A DNA stretch of 64,000 nt. Origin: Vicugna vicugna (taxonomy: Eukaryota). The stretch covers positions 310,001 through 374,000 of the forward strand of contig MU058796.1 in NCBI GenBank assembly GCA_013265495.1, given 5' to 3'. Of the stretch, positions 1 through 13,010 are shown piece after piece. Below the pieces are notes generated by a model. The model saw only the letters and a list, made by a program, of their open reading frames with translations, was not told where the DNA came from and ran no database searches. Numbering within the stretch: position 1 is the first letter of the stretch; each line of letters begins with the position of its first letter. A program made the position numbers and the translations under genes.

Positions 1-79
1 TTACCTCCTTACAGGCCGTTGTCCACTAAGACAAAACAAATAACAACAACAACAACCAAAAAAACCCCACATAGCTCTC

Positions 80-279
80 TTTCTAAAGCTTGATCAAATC
101 AGATCATTCCCCCACTTTAAACCCTCCAATGGATTAAACTTACTGCAAATGGACTTAGAACAGGCAAAGTTACACATCATCTGGCTTCTGCCTACTTCCC
201 TAAACTCATCTCCCTCCACGTTTCCCCTACTGGCTCCAACCAAGTTAGCTTTGAGTCCTATTCTGTGGAAGACAGACGC
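80..279 (+). mobile_element. L2 LINE fragment (left part, interrupted by LTR16-like LTR)
   Basis: 'tctttctaaagcttgatcaaatcagatcattcccccactttaaaccctccaatgg...atctggcttctgcctacttccc' resembles the L2 3' region. Confidence 0.6.
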
Positions 280-764
280 TGTTGATGCCCTGTCTTTATC
301 CTCCCAGCCCTTGAAGAGGTTTCAGCATACTGACATTTTCCTATCTGTAGCATCTAGGTTTCTCTTCCTCTTTGCCTGAGGATTTTCTTTAATTCTTCAG
401 GAATTTGCTTGACCTCCACAGGTACAACCTAAAAATGCAGGAGAGTTAACACCCTGAGGATAATACTCAGCCAGTGAGTTACAGGAGAAGGCAGATACAC
501 GGCCCAGCCTCCCAGCCCCCTGGCTAGGATGACTGTGAGGTGAGTTCCAAATGGTTTCTCTCCCGGGGCTCCCCCCAAGGAGAAGTAAGTCCCGGTTGAC
601 TATAGCAGTAACCCTCTCTTAACACACACTTTCTTGGTTTTTCTGTCTCCTTATCTACACTTTCTCCATTTCCTCTCTGGTACTTCCTAAGATGACCTCC
701 CAAATAAACCACCTGTTCCTTGGCCTTATCTCAGGGTCTGTTGTGAGAAGCCCAGCTTAAGGCA
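280..764 (+). mobile_element. ERVL solo LTR, LTR16-like
   Basis: TG...CA termini; 'ggagagttaacaccc', 'cagccagtgag'; 3' 'acctcccaaataaaccacctgt...tctcagggtctg...cccagcttaaggca' typical of LTR16 ends. Confidence 0.7.
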
Positions 765-1030
765 CATGCCAAGCCAGTTCCCATACTTGGTCTTTTGTAG
801 ATGTTCTGCCTTCAGCTTACAAAGCTCTTCCCTCAACCTTTTGCATGGGATCCTTCTTATCAGAGGTTCAGCCTGAATGTTTCGTCCTCAAAGAAACTCT
901 CTGACCCTCTGGTTCAAGTAGCTTCCAACAGTCACTCTATCATGATTGCATCTTCCTCATAGCATCCATTAGTGCTGAAGGGTTACCTTATTTATTATTT
1001 CATGAGTTTATTGGCTGTCTCACTCCTTCC
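765..1030 (+). mobile_element. L2 LINE fragment (continuation)
   Basis: 'ttcttatcagaggttcagcctgaatgtttcgtcctcaaagaaactctctgacc...cactctatcatgattgcatcttcctcatagca' follows the L2 3' consensus. Confidence 0.6.
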
Positions 1031-1349
1031 CTCCTCATGGTCAGCATACACACCCCCATACACATTCATGAGAAGATTGTAAGAACTCCTTACTCATGGG
1101 ACACAAGCTTATAAGAATTCTTTAAAAGCACCAACTCTCTCTGCCTCCTTGCTTAGCCCTTAAAACAGTTCCCAGTCTAGAGAACAAAGTCAATTTTTGT
1201 AGACTGACTCAAGGCTCTGCCTCTTCTGCTGGAGTTCATGTACTCTTCCCATGACTGCTCATTATTATACCAGGAAGTCTGCATTTGTATACCAAATAAG
1301 CCTGAAATTTGATACATCTTCCAAGAACATACATTTGATCAGAGAAAAA

Positions 1350-1401
1350 GTATGTGTATGTGCACGTGTGCATGTGTGCGTGTGTGTGTGTGTGTGTGTG
1401 T
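1350..1401. repeat. (TG)n microsatellite, imperfect
   Basis: Alternating purine/pyrimidine tract seen directly. Confidence 0.95.
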
Positions 1402-1725
1402 CGGAAAGTATTAAGTCATTTACTTCTCAGTAATTAAAATTTTTATTTTTATATTTAAACAAACAGGTATCTTACAGAGTAACATGGGAGATTCTCACCG
1501 GCTTTCATGATAAAATAAGTGTTCAGTGTCCCTTGCTTTAGGGGTACTTTGATGGGAAAGTCTGAAAGCCTTCCTCTAAGGGACTCATCCTCTAATTGGA
1601 AAAAGGGAGGAAACTCTAATGGGAATGGACAGCTACACAAGCTGTCCCTATTTTTTCCTTCTAAGCTTTTTTCCCTGTTCTCAGGAGCCTTAAAGCCATT
1701 ACCCATACTTCCCCATTTCCTGGCC

Positions 1726-1952
1726 CAGTTTTCCCCAAACTGAGTTCCCCAGAACCATTAATTTATGTTCTTTAGAGATTAAAGGATCTGTGCTCAAATA
1801 AAATTGGAAAACACCAGAATATACTTCCTTAGGACCTGTAATGTGTGCATGTGCACTTTCTTACATCAAAGAGAGGCTGCTTATGAGGCCTCCGAAACTT
1901 ACTTGACCCTGAAATCCTTTTGAGAGTTTTTGAAAACAGATTGGGAAACACT
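1726..1952 (+). mobile_element. hAT-Charlie MITE, MER103C-like
   Basis: 'cagttttccccaaactgagttccccagaac...ctcaaataaaattggaaaacac...aaacttacttgacc...ttgggaaacactg' with inverted termini. Confidence 0.6.
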
Positions 1953-2019
1953 GTGCTGACCCAAGAGGAAGAAGATGGTACTCCAAAACCCGAGCACATT
2001 CCAGCCAGGCATCATGCTA

Positions 2020-2240
2020 AGGGCTTTTCGTAGGGGTTTGTATACCTGTATAGCAAGGAGGGGATTATTTCCTTTAACAGTCAAAAAAAACCTTTGAGGT
2101 AAGAATTACAGTTTTCAATTTCTGAAGAGAAAACTGAGAAGTAAAATAATTTGACCCAAGTTCCACAACTAGTAAGTAGTGGAGAAGGAATTTGAATCCA
2201 CACTGGTCTGGTTCCAAGGACACTTTCTTCTACTTAGCAC
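2020..2240 (-). mobile_element. MIR SINE
   Basis: Core 'gaagagaaaactgagaagtaaaataatttgacccaagttccacaactagtaagtagtggagaaggaatttgaatcc'. Confidence 0.75.
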
Positions 2241-2309
2241 AGGTTAAAAAAAAAAAATAAATAAACCAAAAAAAAACTGGGAGGAGCATCTACTAATGCT
2301 TAAAGAATA

Positions 2310-2868
2310 GAATTTCCAGGTGTCCTCAAAAATAGGGGACTTGACAGAGGGGCTTAGGAATGAAGTTTTAACATTTTAAAATTATTGCTTATTTCAGTTA
2401 GTATTTTCTATTTATTGGTTGTGAAATATTGATTTATTTTATATTCTTAGAAACTATTTTTTAAACAATTGCATAGAATTTTGAAGAAAACACAAAATTT
2501 CAGTTTGAATTCATTCTATATAATTAGTCCATACATAATTCAACACTTTGAAAATTGAAAATGTTTTCTATGGCAGCATTTAAGAGAAGAATCACATTAT
2601 TTCTGAAATAATTATGAAAATATTAATTTAAAATTCAACATACAGTGTAACTAGTGACTGTTTAGTTTGTTGGCCAGAGGAAGCATCTTTAAAAGGTACC
2701 ACAATTGTCTACATGACAATGTTATCATATATTTTTCAATTCAAATTTTTATGAAGTCTAAATAATTTTTAAACCTTTACATGCTCTCTCTTTATTTTTT
2801 TTCATTTAACCAGACAACTCAAATACAGGACTGCATTATTCCTGTTACTGAACATCTGGCAACCCTGA
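2310..2868 (-). mobile_element. Possible ancient hAT (Tip100/Blackjack-like) DNA transposon remnant
   Basis: Ends in 'catctggcaaccctg' (reverse complement CAGGGTTGCCAGATG, a hAT-type TIR); AT-rich interior; left boundary uncertain. Confidence 0.35.
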
Positions 2869-3289
2869 TGAATAAAACTAATTGGAAAATAATTTTGTTA
2901 AACAATAAAGAACAGTTTTATCATGATAGAATAAGCTAAGGTTCTTATTAGCTTAACCAGTCCAAGGTTCTATTTCCTAGTCTTTGACTTTTCTTCTTCC
3001 ACTCATATTTTGCACCAGGAGACCCTGAGGCAGGTACACTCCCCGCCTCAAACCTACCCCCACTGGTATTAGCAGCAGGTCAATGTGGTGACTTAACAAA
3101 CGTTTGAGAAGTTGATAGCTCAGCGTTGAGGTGAACAGTACAGTTCCCTCACTCGCTGAGCTTCTGTTTACATGGTGTCCCACAGTTGACTGTTTTCTGG
3201 GATCCTTTCGAGAAGCAGATAGATTGGCTGCATTTTTCCATTCAAAGGAAACCATCACTGAACTTCCTGAAAAATTAAGTAACTGAGTG

Positions 3290-3440
3290 AAACTGTGAAG
3301 ACCTGGCTGTATCCTACTAGTGATTTTAGACGAGTCATTTAACCTCTCAAGTTCTCAGTTTTCTTATTTGTAAAATGAGACTGTGGAAATAACCAAAAAA
3401 AGTACCTAAATTCTTAGAAGTTCCAAAATTCTATGATCAG
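3290..3440 (+). mobile_element. MIR/MIR3 SINE
   Basis: 'gtgattttagacgagtcatttaacctctcaagttctcagttttcttatttgtaaaatgag...aaaattctatgat'. Confidence 0.7.
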
Positions 3441-4149
3441 TTCTCCAAAGTACGCTACATCTTCTCTGTTATCCCTTTTGTGTCTCATCTTCCTCTGTTT
3501 TTAATTTTCAAAAGTTGTGAAATAAAACCACTGAAGAATAGTATAACAGTTCAGTTCAACAAGAATTGACTGTGCACTTTTATTGAGTGTGGCAGCTATT
3601 GTCAAACATTTTATCATACTTATTTTTACCAGCAACCCGGGTAGGAAGCTATCATTCTTCCCCTACTATATTCACATTTTCCACACAACTTTTACAGGGC
3701 AAACTGGAATATAACCTAGATCTCCTTATCTGAAATGTACTTTCCACCAAGCTACAATTGAATGTCCTTTAGTCGTTTAATTAAACAAAATTTAATAAAT
3801 TTTCCTTGCAAAGCCGTTTTCATTTTGTTGCTATCAGAGTTTAGCTGATATTACTAAAGTGTAAAATCATAAAGAGCACATCTAAGAGCCATTCTCTCGG
3901 GTTGTTCTCCCGTACTTCCCAGTAGTTCTTCCTCTTCCAGTTGAAAATTTAAAAGGAAGATATAAAATAGACTCTTATAACCAGAACCAAAGTAGGAAAT
4001 GAACCCGGTAAAGTCAGCCTTTTGCCCTTGAAGTCACCCATTCCCTAAAGTTGTCACTGTCCTAACCATTTGTCCCTCATTCATAAGAGTAATAACACCT
4101 GACATTTGCATAGCATGGAACTTTTGCACAAGATGCACTTGGATCCTGA

Positions 4150-4330
4150 GACTAAGCTCAAAATTGTGGAAGGAGTGCTAGAACTGAAGTCAGGAGTTCA
4201 AAACAGCAGTCCGTTTGAAACGCTTCTAAACAATGTGACCCTAGCAAATTCTTCATGCTTAACAAGAAAGGAGAGGCTTGTGCTTAAAACCTTTTGAGCA
4301 CCTTACTACTCTCACATTCGATGATTCACT
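4150..4330 (+). mobile_element. MIR3-like SINE
   Basis: 'gtggaaggagtgctagaactgaagtcaggag...tgtgaccctagcaaatt...ctctcacattcgatgattc'. Confidence 0.55.
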
Positions 4331-4399
4331 TTTGATTTTCAGAGTACTTGTCAATTAAATCCATTAGTACAATAAAAAAAATTCCAACATTACGGTTCT

Positions 4400-4960
4400 A
4401 AAATCTCTTTCAACTACCTCCCAGTCTGAGACCCAGAGACAATCACTATTATCCATTTTGAGTATGTCTTCCAGAATTTTTCTATGTATTTCCATACATA
4501 TATGAACATACATAAATATATAGTAAGGAAAAGGGGTGTCAATTTTTTTAACCTCACATCACATATTAACTGTCTTTCCATATTGGTATATATTGATTAT
4601 TCTCATTTTCTGCAACTACTACCTTGCACATCATAATGTGAATGTAGTCTGTCTTGTGAAGTTATTCTTTCTTTACTGGACATTTAAACTTTTTTTTTCC
4701 CCCTGTAATAAATAACGATGCCTTAGACTTCCTAACATCTGTTTCTTTGGTCATATGTATGATGTTCCTTCGTTTGTACTGAGTTTTAGTACACTACCAA
4801 TTCATTCTCCAAAGTCATAGTACTGGTTCATCCTAGCTACCAGCAGGGCATGAGAGAACCCCATACCTGTGTCAATGTGTGATGTTATCGAACAACTTAA
4901 GTCAATCTAAGGGGTGAAAATACTATCACATCTTTGATTTCACTCATTCTTTTCTGTGCT
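4400..4960 (-). mobile_element. Old L1 (L1M/L1ME-type) 3' fragment
   Basis: 'cccagagacaatcactatt', 'ttactggacatttaaac', 'accagcagggcatgagagaacccc', 'aatctaaggggtgaaaatactatcaca' match antisense L1M 3' motifs. Confidence 0.55.
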
Positions 4961-5555
4961 AGACCTTCTCATCACAGTTTCTGATCTCTCTTCCTCCCAA
5001 TATCCTCATAGAGGTTTGGCCAGTGCCCATCCTTTTCGGTAAATGTTACCTTAGAAAAGAATCTGGTATCACTTGCCTTAGTACAAAAGTAAGTCAGTTA
5101 GCTACTGTTCTTATGGATATTTGCATTTCAAGCCTCATCTCTAATTGCAGAATAAAAGACTGCAAAGCAATTGAAAGAATTGTATAGAAGAATTATCTCT
5201 TGGACTAGGGAACTTTCATAGCTCTAGAAATCACAATATTAAAGGCTCTGGCCATGACACACTAAGAATGACTTATCATTTTGTGAAAAATCATGATGTT
5301 CTGGTTAGAAAACACTTGTTTTTGCTGATTGCTACTCAGATTATCTCTAACCTCTTTTGAAAAGTAATGTGGTATGGCTGTTGAAGGGAGATGAAATATT
5401 AGAATTCTGCAACGAAACTCATTTATATTAACTGAAACCCCATCAAGGTGTGGTGGTTTATTTACAGATCGGAAGTATTTTCCTCCACGCTTATGAGGGG
5501 AAATAGACTCTTCTGTCATTCAGCAGGTCCATTCTTGGATTGATAGAGCTCTTCC

Positions 5556-5580
5556 TGTTTTGTTTTGTTGTTTGTTTTTA

Positions 5581-5611
<31 letters not shown>
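5556..5611. repeat. (TTTTG)n microsatellite
   Basis: Seen directly. Confidence 0.9.
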
Positions 5612-8219
5612 GGTTAGCAAATATGCCCCCTCTGAGGAAGGACTTTGGGTCTAGGAATCAGTTTGAAGAAATATCTGACTCCAACCACCTTGGGCCTCAA
5701 TTTTCTTATCTCTTAGATTAAGATAAAATATTATACCAGCCTCAGAAGGTGAAATGAGATTAAAATGTTGTGCTATATGTGACAGTACTTTTATCAATTC
5801 TAAAATGGGGGCTGCAATTATTATTAAGTAAAGAAACTAATAAAACAATATTTTTGAGTTACCTACACATGCCTGAGACTCATCTTAACAAAGATCTTGT
5901 AAGAAAAATATTGTTGTTCCCAAGAGAAAGTAGAAACTCAGAGAAATTGAATGTCATGCTCAAGGTAAACTTAGTCATCACCTGCAGCTAAATGCAGGCA
6001 AAGTCTTTCCAAGCCTAAGATGCAGATTTTTCCCAGCACATAACCTGCTTTCATCACTTTACAGTATACCACACCTAGCAGGTGCTTACTAACTGTATCT
6101 GAAGTGAATTCGTAAGTGAAAGTTTACATTGTGTTTAAATGCAGAATTCTGAATACCATGAGGTTTCACTGCATTTAAATATACAAGTTTCTAAGCCGTA
6201 AATCAGTCACCAGTATCAGTCATATGCATAATACTTCAAGGTTCACTCCGTACAAGACAGCATCTACCCCTGAGTAACATGCTGGAATCTGGACTCACAA
6301 AACGGTTGGTAGGACTGACAGAGCAACTAGGAAGCTGCTATTCCACACAGTTTCCCCAGGCTGGTGCCAGTACACATTCTGGGGAGATGCGATAACAGCA
6401 CATTTTACATCTTCATGTGTTGAAACCAATAAATCTTAGTCCTTCCAGAAGCACAGCCCTGCTTTGGGGTAAAATTGCAGCAACTGATCTACAGTTCAGC
6501 TCTGACTTAACTTTCTGCCTTTTTTCTTTTTAAGCAACCTCCACCTATTTAGATGTGGGTCACTGGGTGGCAAAACGCAAAGGAAACCAAATGTAGGGAT
6601 GATAGGAGCAGTCGATAAGGCAGTATTTGGGGATTTCTGCTGCCAAATAGAGGCTGAAAGAGAGAGATTTCACAGCGAATGTTTATTATATCCTAGAGCC
6701 AGCTGTGAGATCAAGAACCAAGGGGCTGTGGCTGCTAATTTAGAGCTGAACTAAAAACCACCTTTATATCAAGAATGACTGGATTGTGCCAACTCAGAGG
6801 ATGACAGCCACAGACTAACAAATCTAACTCCTCCATTATGTGTATCAGGAAACTGAAATCCAGACAGGAGATACAGCTGGGACTCAAACTCAGAACTCTC
6901 GGCTCAATTCAGGGATCTCTGCCCCAGTGCACTGCCTCCCACCACCCACCTCCTACTCAGCTGCTGCGGCTGAGTGCACGGACATGTTGGAGCCTAACAG
7001 TTTGTAAATCCTTTCTGTCCACTGAGGCAAAACAATGAAAAGACACATGGTCCTTCTTTCAGAACATTGGGCACAAGATTGTCTGTAGATGCCATGGTTA
7101 ATTACAGTTAAAATAAAAACCCATGAGGACAGATTGCACTAGAGGGGGAGAGGAGATTTAAGAGTTAATAGGCTCCAAAGAGAGCTGAATTTCTGATCCT
7201 ACTGGAAGGATGGGTTAGCACTGCACAGCTCTTAGGATCCGTATTACGTGGTGATATTTCCATAAGCTTCAGGTTCCATTTTAACCAGCCCTTTTAGTAG
7301 TATGGGGAAGAGGAATTCCTGAGCTTCCTAGGTGGAAATATTTCAGACAAAACCTTTAAAGGTATAATTTAAATAATGAATGCAAGCAGGTTTCAGAGAG
7401 AAAACAAGCTGTGCGCTCCCAGGGATTCTGACTCATCCTACCCGACAAGTGTCTGCCTGCACAGTCCTTTGGACACTTGGAGCCAGAGTGCTGTGCTGTA
7501 TTTTAGGGTTTTCACCAACCAAGTATCCCAGTTCAGGCCTCAGCGCCAGACCAGCAGTGCCAAAGGCAAGCAGGGAGATGATTTTTTATTGACACCAGGC
7601 AGTTAACAATCCCAACCTACATCACAAAATAGAGGACTCTTGTTTTAGAGCTTCCCTGCATCTTTCTAGGCTCCTCTTCTCTCTTTTGGAATGCCTGCTT
7701 CTCCTCACCCAAGTACCTTGGGCCCTCAGGCTTCCACCATCCTGGCCAAAGGCATTCTACCTCCCACCTAATTCTCTCTCTCCTAGACCTAACCTACCCT
7801 AAGGGGCACCAAAGTCCCCTTCCTCCCTCCTGCTATGCAGGAGATCTCAAATAAGATTATTTGACTAAAAGAATTTATGACAGGGTTATTCACGGAAACA
7901 CTATCACTGTTCCTCCTACCCCTAAAGATTTGCATTTTAAAACATCTGTTGACTTATCCTAAAGGAATCTTACTATGTGGGAAAAGTGGTTCTGAGCAAA
8001 GGCCCTCGGCTTCCTTGGACATTCCCTATTCCCGGCACCAGCCCTGACAGTAAGATGTGCTAAGATTTAACTTCCGTTCTTTTGTCCCAGAACGTCCTCT
8101 TTCTTTTACTCCACCTACTGGAACTTCTTTGTTTTTAAGAGTTCCATTAGAAAACTAACAGGGAATTTCTCATTTGGCCTGAAGAATGAGTTAATCTATC
8201 CTACTTAACTCTTTCTGGG

Positions 8220-8630
8220 TCGGGACTTTGTGCTGAGCACAATTCCCATAGTATTTGGACATTCCCCACAACCCTTGAAGGGAGGTTTTATCATGATCTT
8301 CATTTTAGAGAAAATGGGCTTAGAACATAATTTGCCTAAGGTCATGGTAAGGAGCAGTTTGTGAATCAAACCCCAAATTGTTCAGATTCCAGAGACCTTG
8401 TTCCCAACCACTGCACCATAACAAGAAAAGTACTAATTCCCAGTCAGAAGGCCCAACTTTAAGTCATAGCTCTGCCACTGAAAGATGATAAACACCAATT
8501 TCTGTGACCTTTCTAAAACTCCTTTCTTATCTGTAAAATAGGGAGATAATAATACTTATCATGCCAGGGTAAAGTGAGAATTAAATGTTAAAAGTGATTT
8601 ATAACATGGTACCAAATTTATATGACGATT
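8220..8630. mobile_element. Two adjacent MIRs (minus ~8220-8420, plus ~8430-8630)
   Basis: 'ccccacaacccttgaagggagg...cattttagagaaaatgggcttag...tgcctaaggtcatg' then 'tttcttatctgtaaaatagggagataataatacttatc'. Confidence 0.65.
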
Positions 8631-11206
8631 ACTCACTTATATAAATATGGTGCCTGCTCTTTTCTATTTTTTAAAATCACCTCTCCCCAAGAGAATTTCA
8701 TTTCTGTGTATGTGTGAATTCTACAAAAGATAGACTTGTAACATAGATGATAGTCAGGTGGGAAACTCTTTGTCTTGTTCTTCGCTCAGGCTCTCAATAA
8801 ATACTTGCTAAATAAATGAATGATTCATCTTTGCTTGGAAAACAAAAGAGCATGGCAGGTGAAGGAAGAGGGCTTCGTTAACTGAGAAATTGTCACTGGT
8901 ATGAAGAAATACTACTGACTTTTCCATACAATTATCAAGCCCGAAGTAGCTAAATAGTAGTAAGAGGTACTTTGATATCCTATTAAAATGAATGAAATCT
9001 TGTGTTAGTTTTTAACAAATCGAAAGAATTTTTAAAATTTGACTTGTAGCCCTATTCTGACCTCTGTTTAGCCCCATTTAGGCTTGCTAAAGCTACCTTA
9101 ATCCTACTTGAACTTCTGTACCCCATTTCCCAGTGATTTGCAGGTCTTTAAAAACATGGCTGTGTGGAGAATGTGTTTGTTTGGTCCAGTTCCTTCCCCC
9201 ACCCCCACCTCCACTTTCTATTTTCAGCTTTCACCCTCCCCTCTTGTACCTGGCAAGTTTCCCAAGAAGTGCTTCAGTTGCAAAGAAGGAAAATACTGAC
9301 AGTGCATAATTTAAATGAGAGAGATGTGCCATGCCACATTTTCATTAAAATTACAGAAAAATCCAAGCTGTGTGGAGTTTAAGGGAGATCAGAATAGAGT
9401 CCAAAGTGCTATCATTACATTTTGTAGTGTTTTTTTAGCTCAATAAAGCAGCTGTCCTATATTTGCAAAATAGCTTGGAAATTGTTGGTCGTAGAAAAGG
9501 AAAGATGCATATTGGGTTTTTTCTTTCTTCGTTTCAGTTAAGAGTTCTCTACTAGTTAGAAAATTTTTTTTAAAAAAGTGCATAATTCCTATAATCTCTA
9601 TTAGCATCTAAATATCAAACCAAGAATATGTTGAAAAGAGCTTGTAAGAGTGGATTGGGACAGAGCCTTGCTAATAGATTCACAAATTCTTATCCACAAA
9701 TCAAATACTCTTCTGAGAGATAAGCTTAATAAAACAATGGCACTTGTTTATAATGGTATTTCAGTAAGCAAAATTTTCTGCAAACTTACACAAAGCAACC
9801 AAATAAAAATGTGATTCTGGAAAAAAGATCTGAAGCAAATATGGAAGATAAATAATACCAAAACAATACTGATTTTCTCATTAAATGTAAATTTTCACCA
9901 CTCTGGAGAGCTCAATCATCCTTTAGAATCAGAGGTCCATTATATTTTGGCATCAGTTTGAATAACAGAATGCTCCTGCCATCCACCAGGAGAGTTTTAT
10001 CTCAGTGGTTAGTAACTTTCCTGCACATGGATAATGCCCATTTTCTTCTGCTATCTTAGGATTTAGGTCTAAGGGTCAGAAATATCAATTAACAAAAAAT
10101 TACCTTTTCTATTTGAGAATCCAACAGAAGAAAAGAATATGTAGTAATCTTAGAGAAAACAATTTAAACGCTAACTCATTTCACTCATTCTGCCAGTAAA
10201 CTACCTTTCTGTGGTTTCCTAACTGAAAATATGTAATTATATATCTCTGAACAAAATACCCTTATAAATATAAATCCATCTTTAGCTTTGTTAATAAATG
10301 AGATTCTCATTCTAACATACACCTAGAACTTCCATTCCACCAAATCACCCTATATATACTATGTTTCTGTTTTTTCTCTTTAATGTTATATGTAATTGCA
10401 CAAATAGCACATGAACACATTACTGTAAGAAAAATAAATAATAGAGGGCATTTTTTTTTACTCAAGTGGCCATCACTAAGTATTATAGTTTACTTTTGCC
10501 AGTTTTGAATTTTTAAGTCTCTTTAATCATAGTTCCCTTCTAGCTCTTTGGCATTTTTAAAATTACTGTAATTTGCTGAATAAAGTGAATTATGTAATTA
10601 TTTGTCTTAAATAGATATCCCAGTTTGGATTTTATTGATTGCATTCCCTTGGTGTTATCCAATATATTCCTCTGTTCTCTGTAATTACTATAAATTAGTA
10701 GTTGATATACAGGTTTATTCAGATTCAATGTTATTCAATGAAATATATATGTATTCATGAATATATCATATTCAAAGTACTTCATAGGTGGTAGGGAATT
10801 CTTCATAAGACATTGGCTCTGTTGCAATTTATATTTTGACTTGACAGTGTGTTTTGGAGATTCCTTCCCTCCTCAGTCCATGTATGTTTACCTTAATTCT
10901 TTGTTTCATAAAATGATGTATCATAATTTGTATTAGCTTCTCTTTCCTGATGGACTTTTAGGTTATTTTCACCTTTATCAATAATATCATGTTGAACCTC
11001 CTTATACTCAGACTTTTGAGCACACATGTAAGAGTCTGTAGAACAAAGAAGTCTTTAGTCTTTTTTTCTCCTATGTGCACTTGTTAAGAGATTCTGAAAG
11101 GGGAGATTTCATTCATAGGAATAGAAGCAATAGAAGGTCATTTTCTTCAGTGCAAATGCATTTAGGTTCCATACCAACACTGGAGCAGGAAATATCTAAG
11201 ATATTT

Positions 11207-11440
11207 CAGTGGTCTCCAAAATAGGGCACATACATGCCTACCAGAGGGTACTCAAAAGCATCCATTGGGGCCTAGGAAAAAAGTGGGATCTCTATTTGTA
11301 TCATTTTCTATGTGCATCTTTTATAATGTACAGAAGTATATGCAATTATAAATAAATAAACACACACACACATATATATATAATGAAAATATGCTCAAAA
11401 TATTTATCAAAAAGGATGTCCTGAGAATAAAATTCATTTG
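11207..11440 (+). mobile_element. hAT-Charlie MITE (MER112-like)
   Basis: Starts 'cagtggtctccaaaatagggcac...catccattgggg...tctatttgtat'. Confidence 0.5.
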
Positions 11441-11479
11441 TTATATGGAGCTGAGTTCCTGCAAAGCTGATAGTCTTCT

Positions 11480-11880
11480 GTGTATATCTCCACCTAAATG
11501 ATTTGTCATCATTTCAAACTCAGTCTGTAAAAATGCAATCAGAATTTTTTTACCCTCAAGGCCCAGCTTCTCTCCCTGATTTCTGTGTTTCTGTTAATGG
11601 CATCAGCAGTATTCTTCCAGTCACCCAGCCTTGAAACTTTGAGTCATCTTTTGTTTGCTACATCTTCCTTCTCAGTATCTGCAATAGCTTTTACATCTAT
11701 GTTTCTTCCTTTCCATCTCCACTGCCACCACCTTTTTTCAAGCCCATTTAAATGACTATTAAAATAAAAGTCTAATTGACCCACTTTTTTTTCTTTTAAG
11801 CTGATATATCCTAAAAGCTGAATCTTTCTAAATCACACTTCTGATCACAATGCAAGCCTATTGCAACCCCACATATAATT
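11480..11880 (+). mobile_element. L2 LINE fragment
   Basis: 'catttcaaactcagtctgt...ttctgttaatggcatc...ccagtcacccagccttgaaactttgagtcatc...ccatctccactgccaccac'. Confidence 0.7.
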
Positions 11881-12027
11881 AAAAATTACCACCTGGGAAA
11901 CATCAAAACTACCCCTAAGTATGGTATTCAACAGTATTCAGGTGCCATGGCTTCAAATTCTCTTTCTCTCCTTCAGGCTAAGATTTATTCAATCAGCCCC
12001 TTAATATTCTGCCTGACACTTCGCTAG

Positions 12028-12536
12028 TATAGGGGAGGTGAAAGTTTTCCTCCACCCATTTGGGGTCCCTGGCTAGGTCTGAAAATTAAACTGACAAAGA
12101 CAGAAGAAAAACATACAGGTTTATTTAATAAATAAATTTTATGTGACATGGGAGCCTTCATAAGGAAATGAAGACCCAAAGAACCAGTCAGTCCTGAGTA
12201 TATTTATTCTAAGTTTGCTGAAGAGTGGGCAGTCCTGTAAAAATATGATAGTTTAATGAGACTGAGGTAACTGCAGCAGACTAGAGGAAACCTAGCAAGA
12301 CCTATTTGTGGGGTTTTTTTGGCATCTCTTTGTCTTCTGAGATAAGGATGTTCCTTTCCTCTAGGCACGGGGAAGGAGTCTCTCATATGAAGGTTTTATG
12401 AGCTGTTCAGAGGAAAAGGGTGTTGGGGGAGGACCCAGACCTCTTTGCTTCTTCCATTTTCTCAAGCTCCTTCAGCTTAAAACATTCAACATGCCAAGGT
12501 ACCATATTTTGGGAGACCATGCCCTGAACCCCATCA
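12028..12536 (-). mobile_element. ERV1 solo LTR (MER4 group, MER34/MER39-like) with 4-bp TSD CTAG
   Basis: Minus strand begins TGATGGGGTTCAGGGCATGGTCTCCCAAAATATGGTACCTTGGCATGTTGAATGTTTTAAGCTGAAGGAG; CTAG at 12024-12027 and 12537-12540. Confidence 0.8.
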
Positions 12537-12619
12537 CTAGGCACATTAGAGGTGTTGTCTCATTTAATTCTCACTGAACTCTATGAGGTGGGCGGCTAAC
12601 CTTCTAATAATGAGGTGGA

Positions 12620-12860
12620 TTCCCGAACAAGAATGCCTGGATTCCAATCCCCTTCTTATCAAATGTGTGACAAGTGACTTGCTGGACAGGTTTGTTACCC
12701 TCTCTTGCCGCAGTCTCCTCGTCTGCACAATTGTGGTAGTGACTGTATCTACCTCACAGGGCTGTTGTGAAGACTATGTTAACACCTTTAAATTGCTTAG
12801 AACCACTCTTGGCACAGAGTAAGTGCTCAGTAAGAGTAACTGTGCTCATTTATTAGTAGT
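12620..12860 (+). mobile_element. MIR SINE nested in an antisense MIR
   Basis: 'tgcctggattccaatccc...tgtgtgac...cctcacagggctgttgtgaagact...gcttagaaccactcttggcacagagtaagtgctcagtaa'. Confidence 0.75.
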
Positions 12861-12869
12861 GGTAGTGTT

Positions 12870-13010
12870 AACAGCTCCATTTTCCGAAAGAGGACACCAA
12901 GGCTAGAGAAGTGAAGTCGGTTGCCCCAGTTCACACAATTAGTGACTGTCAGAACAGGAACTCAGACCCACACCTGTCTGACTCCAAACCCCACATCTTA
13001 GCACAGTCCT
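12870..13010 (-). mobile_element. MIR SINE (remainder of the interrupted element)
   Basis: 'ctccattttccgaaagaggacaccaaggctagagaagtgaagtcggttgccccagttcacaca...tgtctgactccaaacccc'. Confidence 0.75.

Noticed and set aside
2977..3266. 93-aa minus-strand ORF behind an acceptor-like ttttcAG
   Set aside because: No recognisable homology; weak donor
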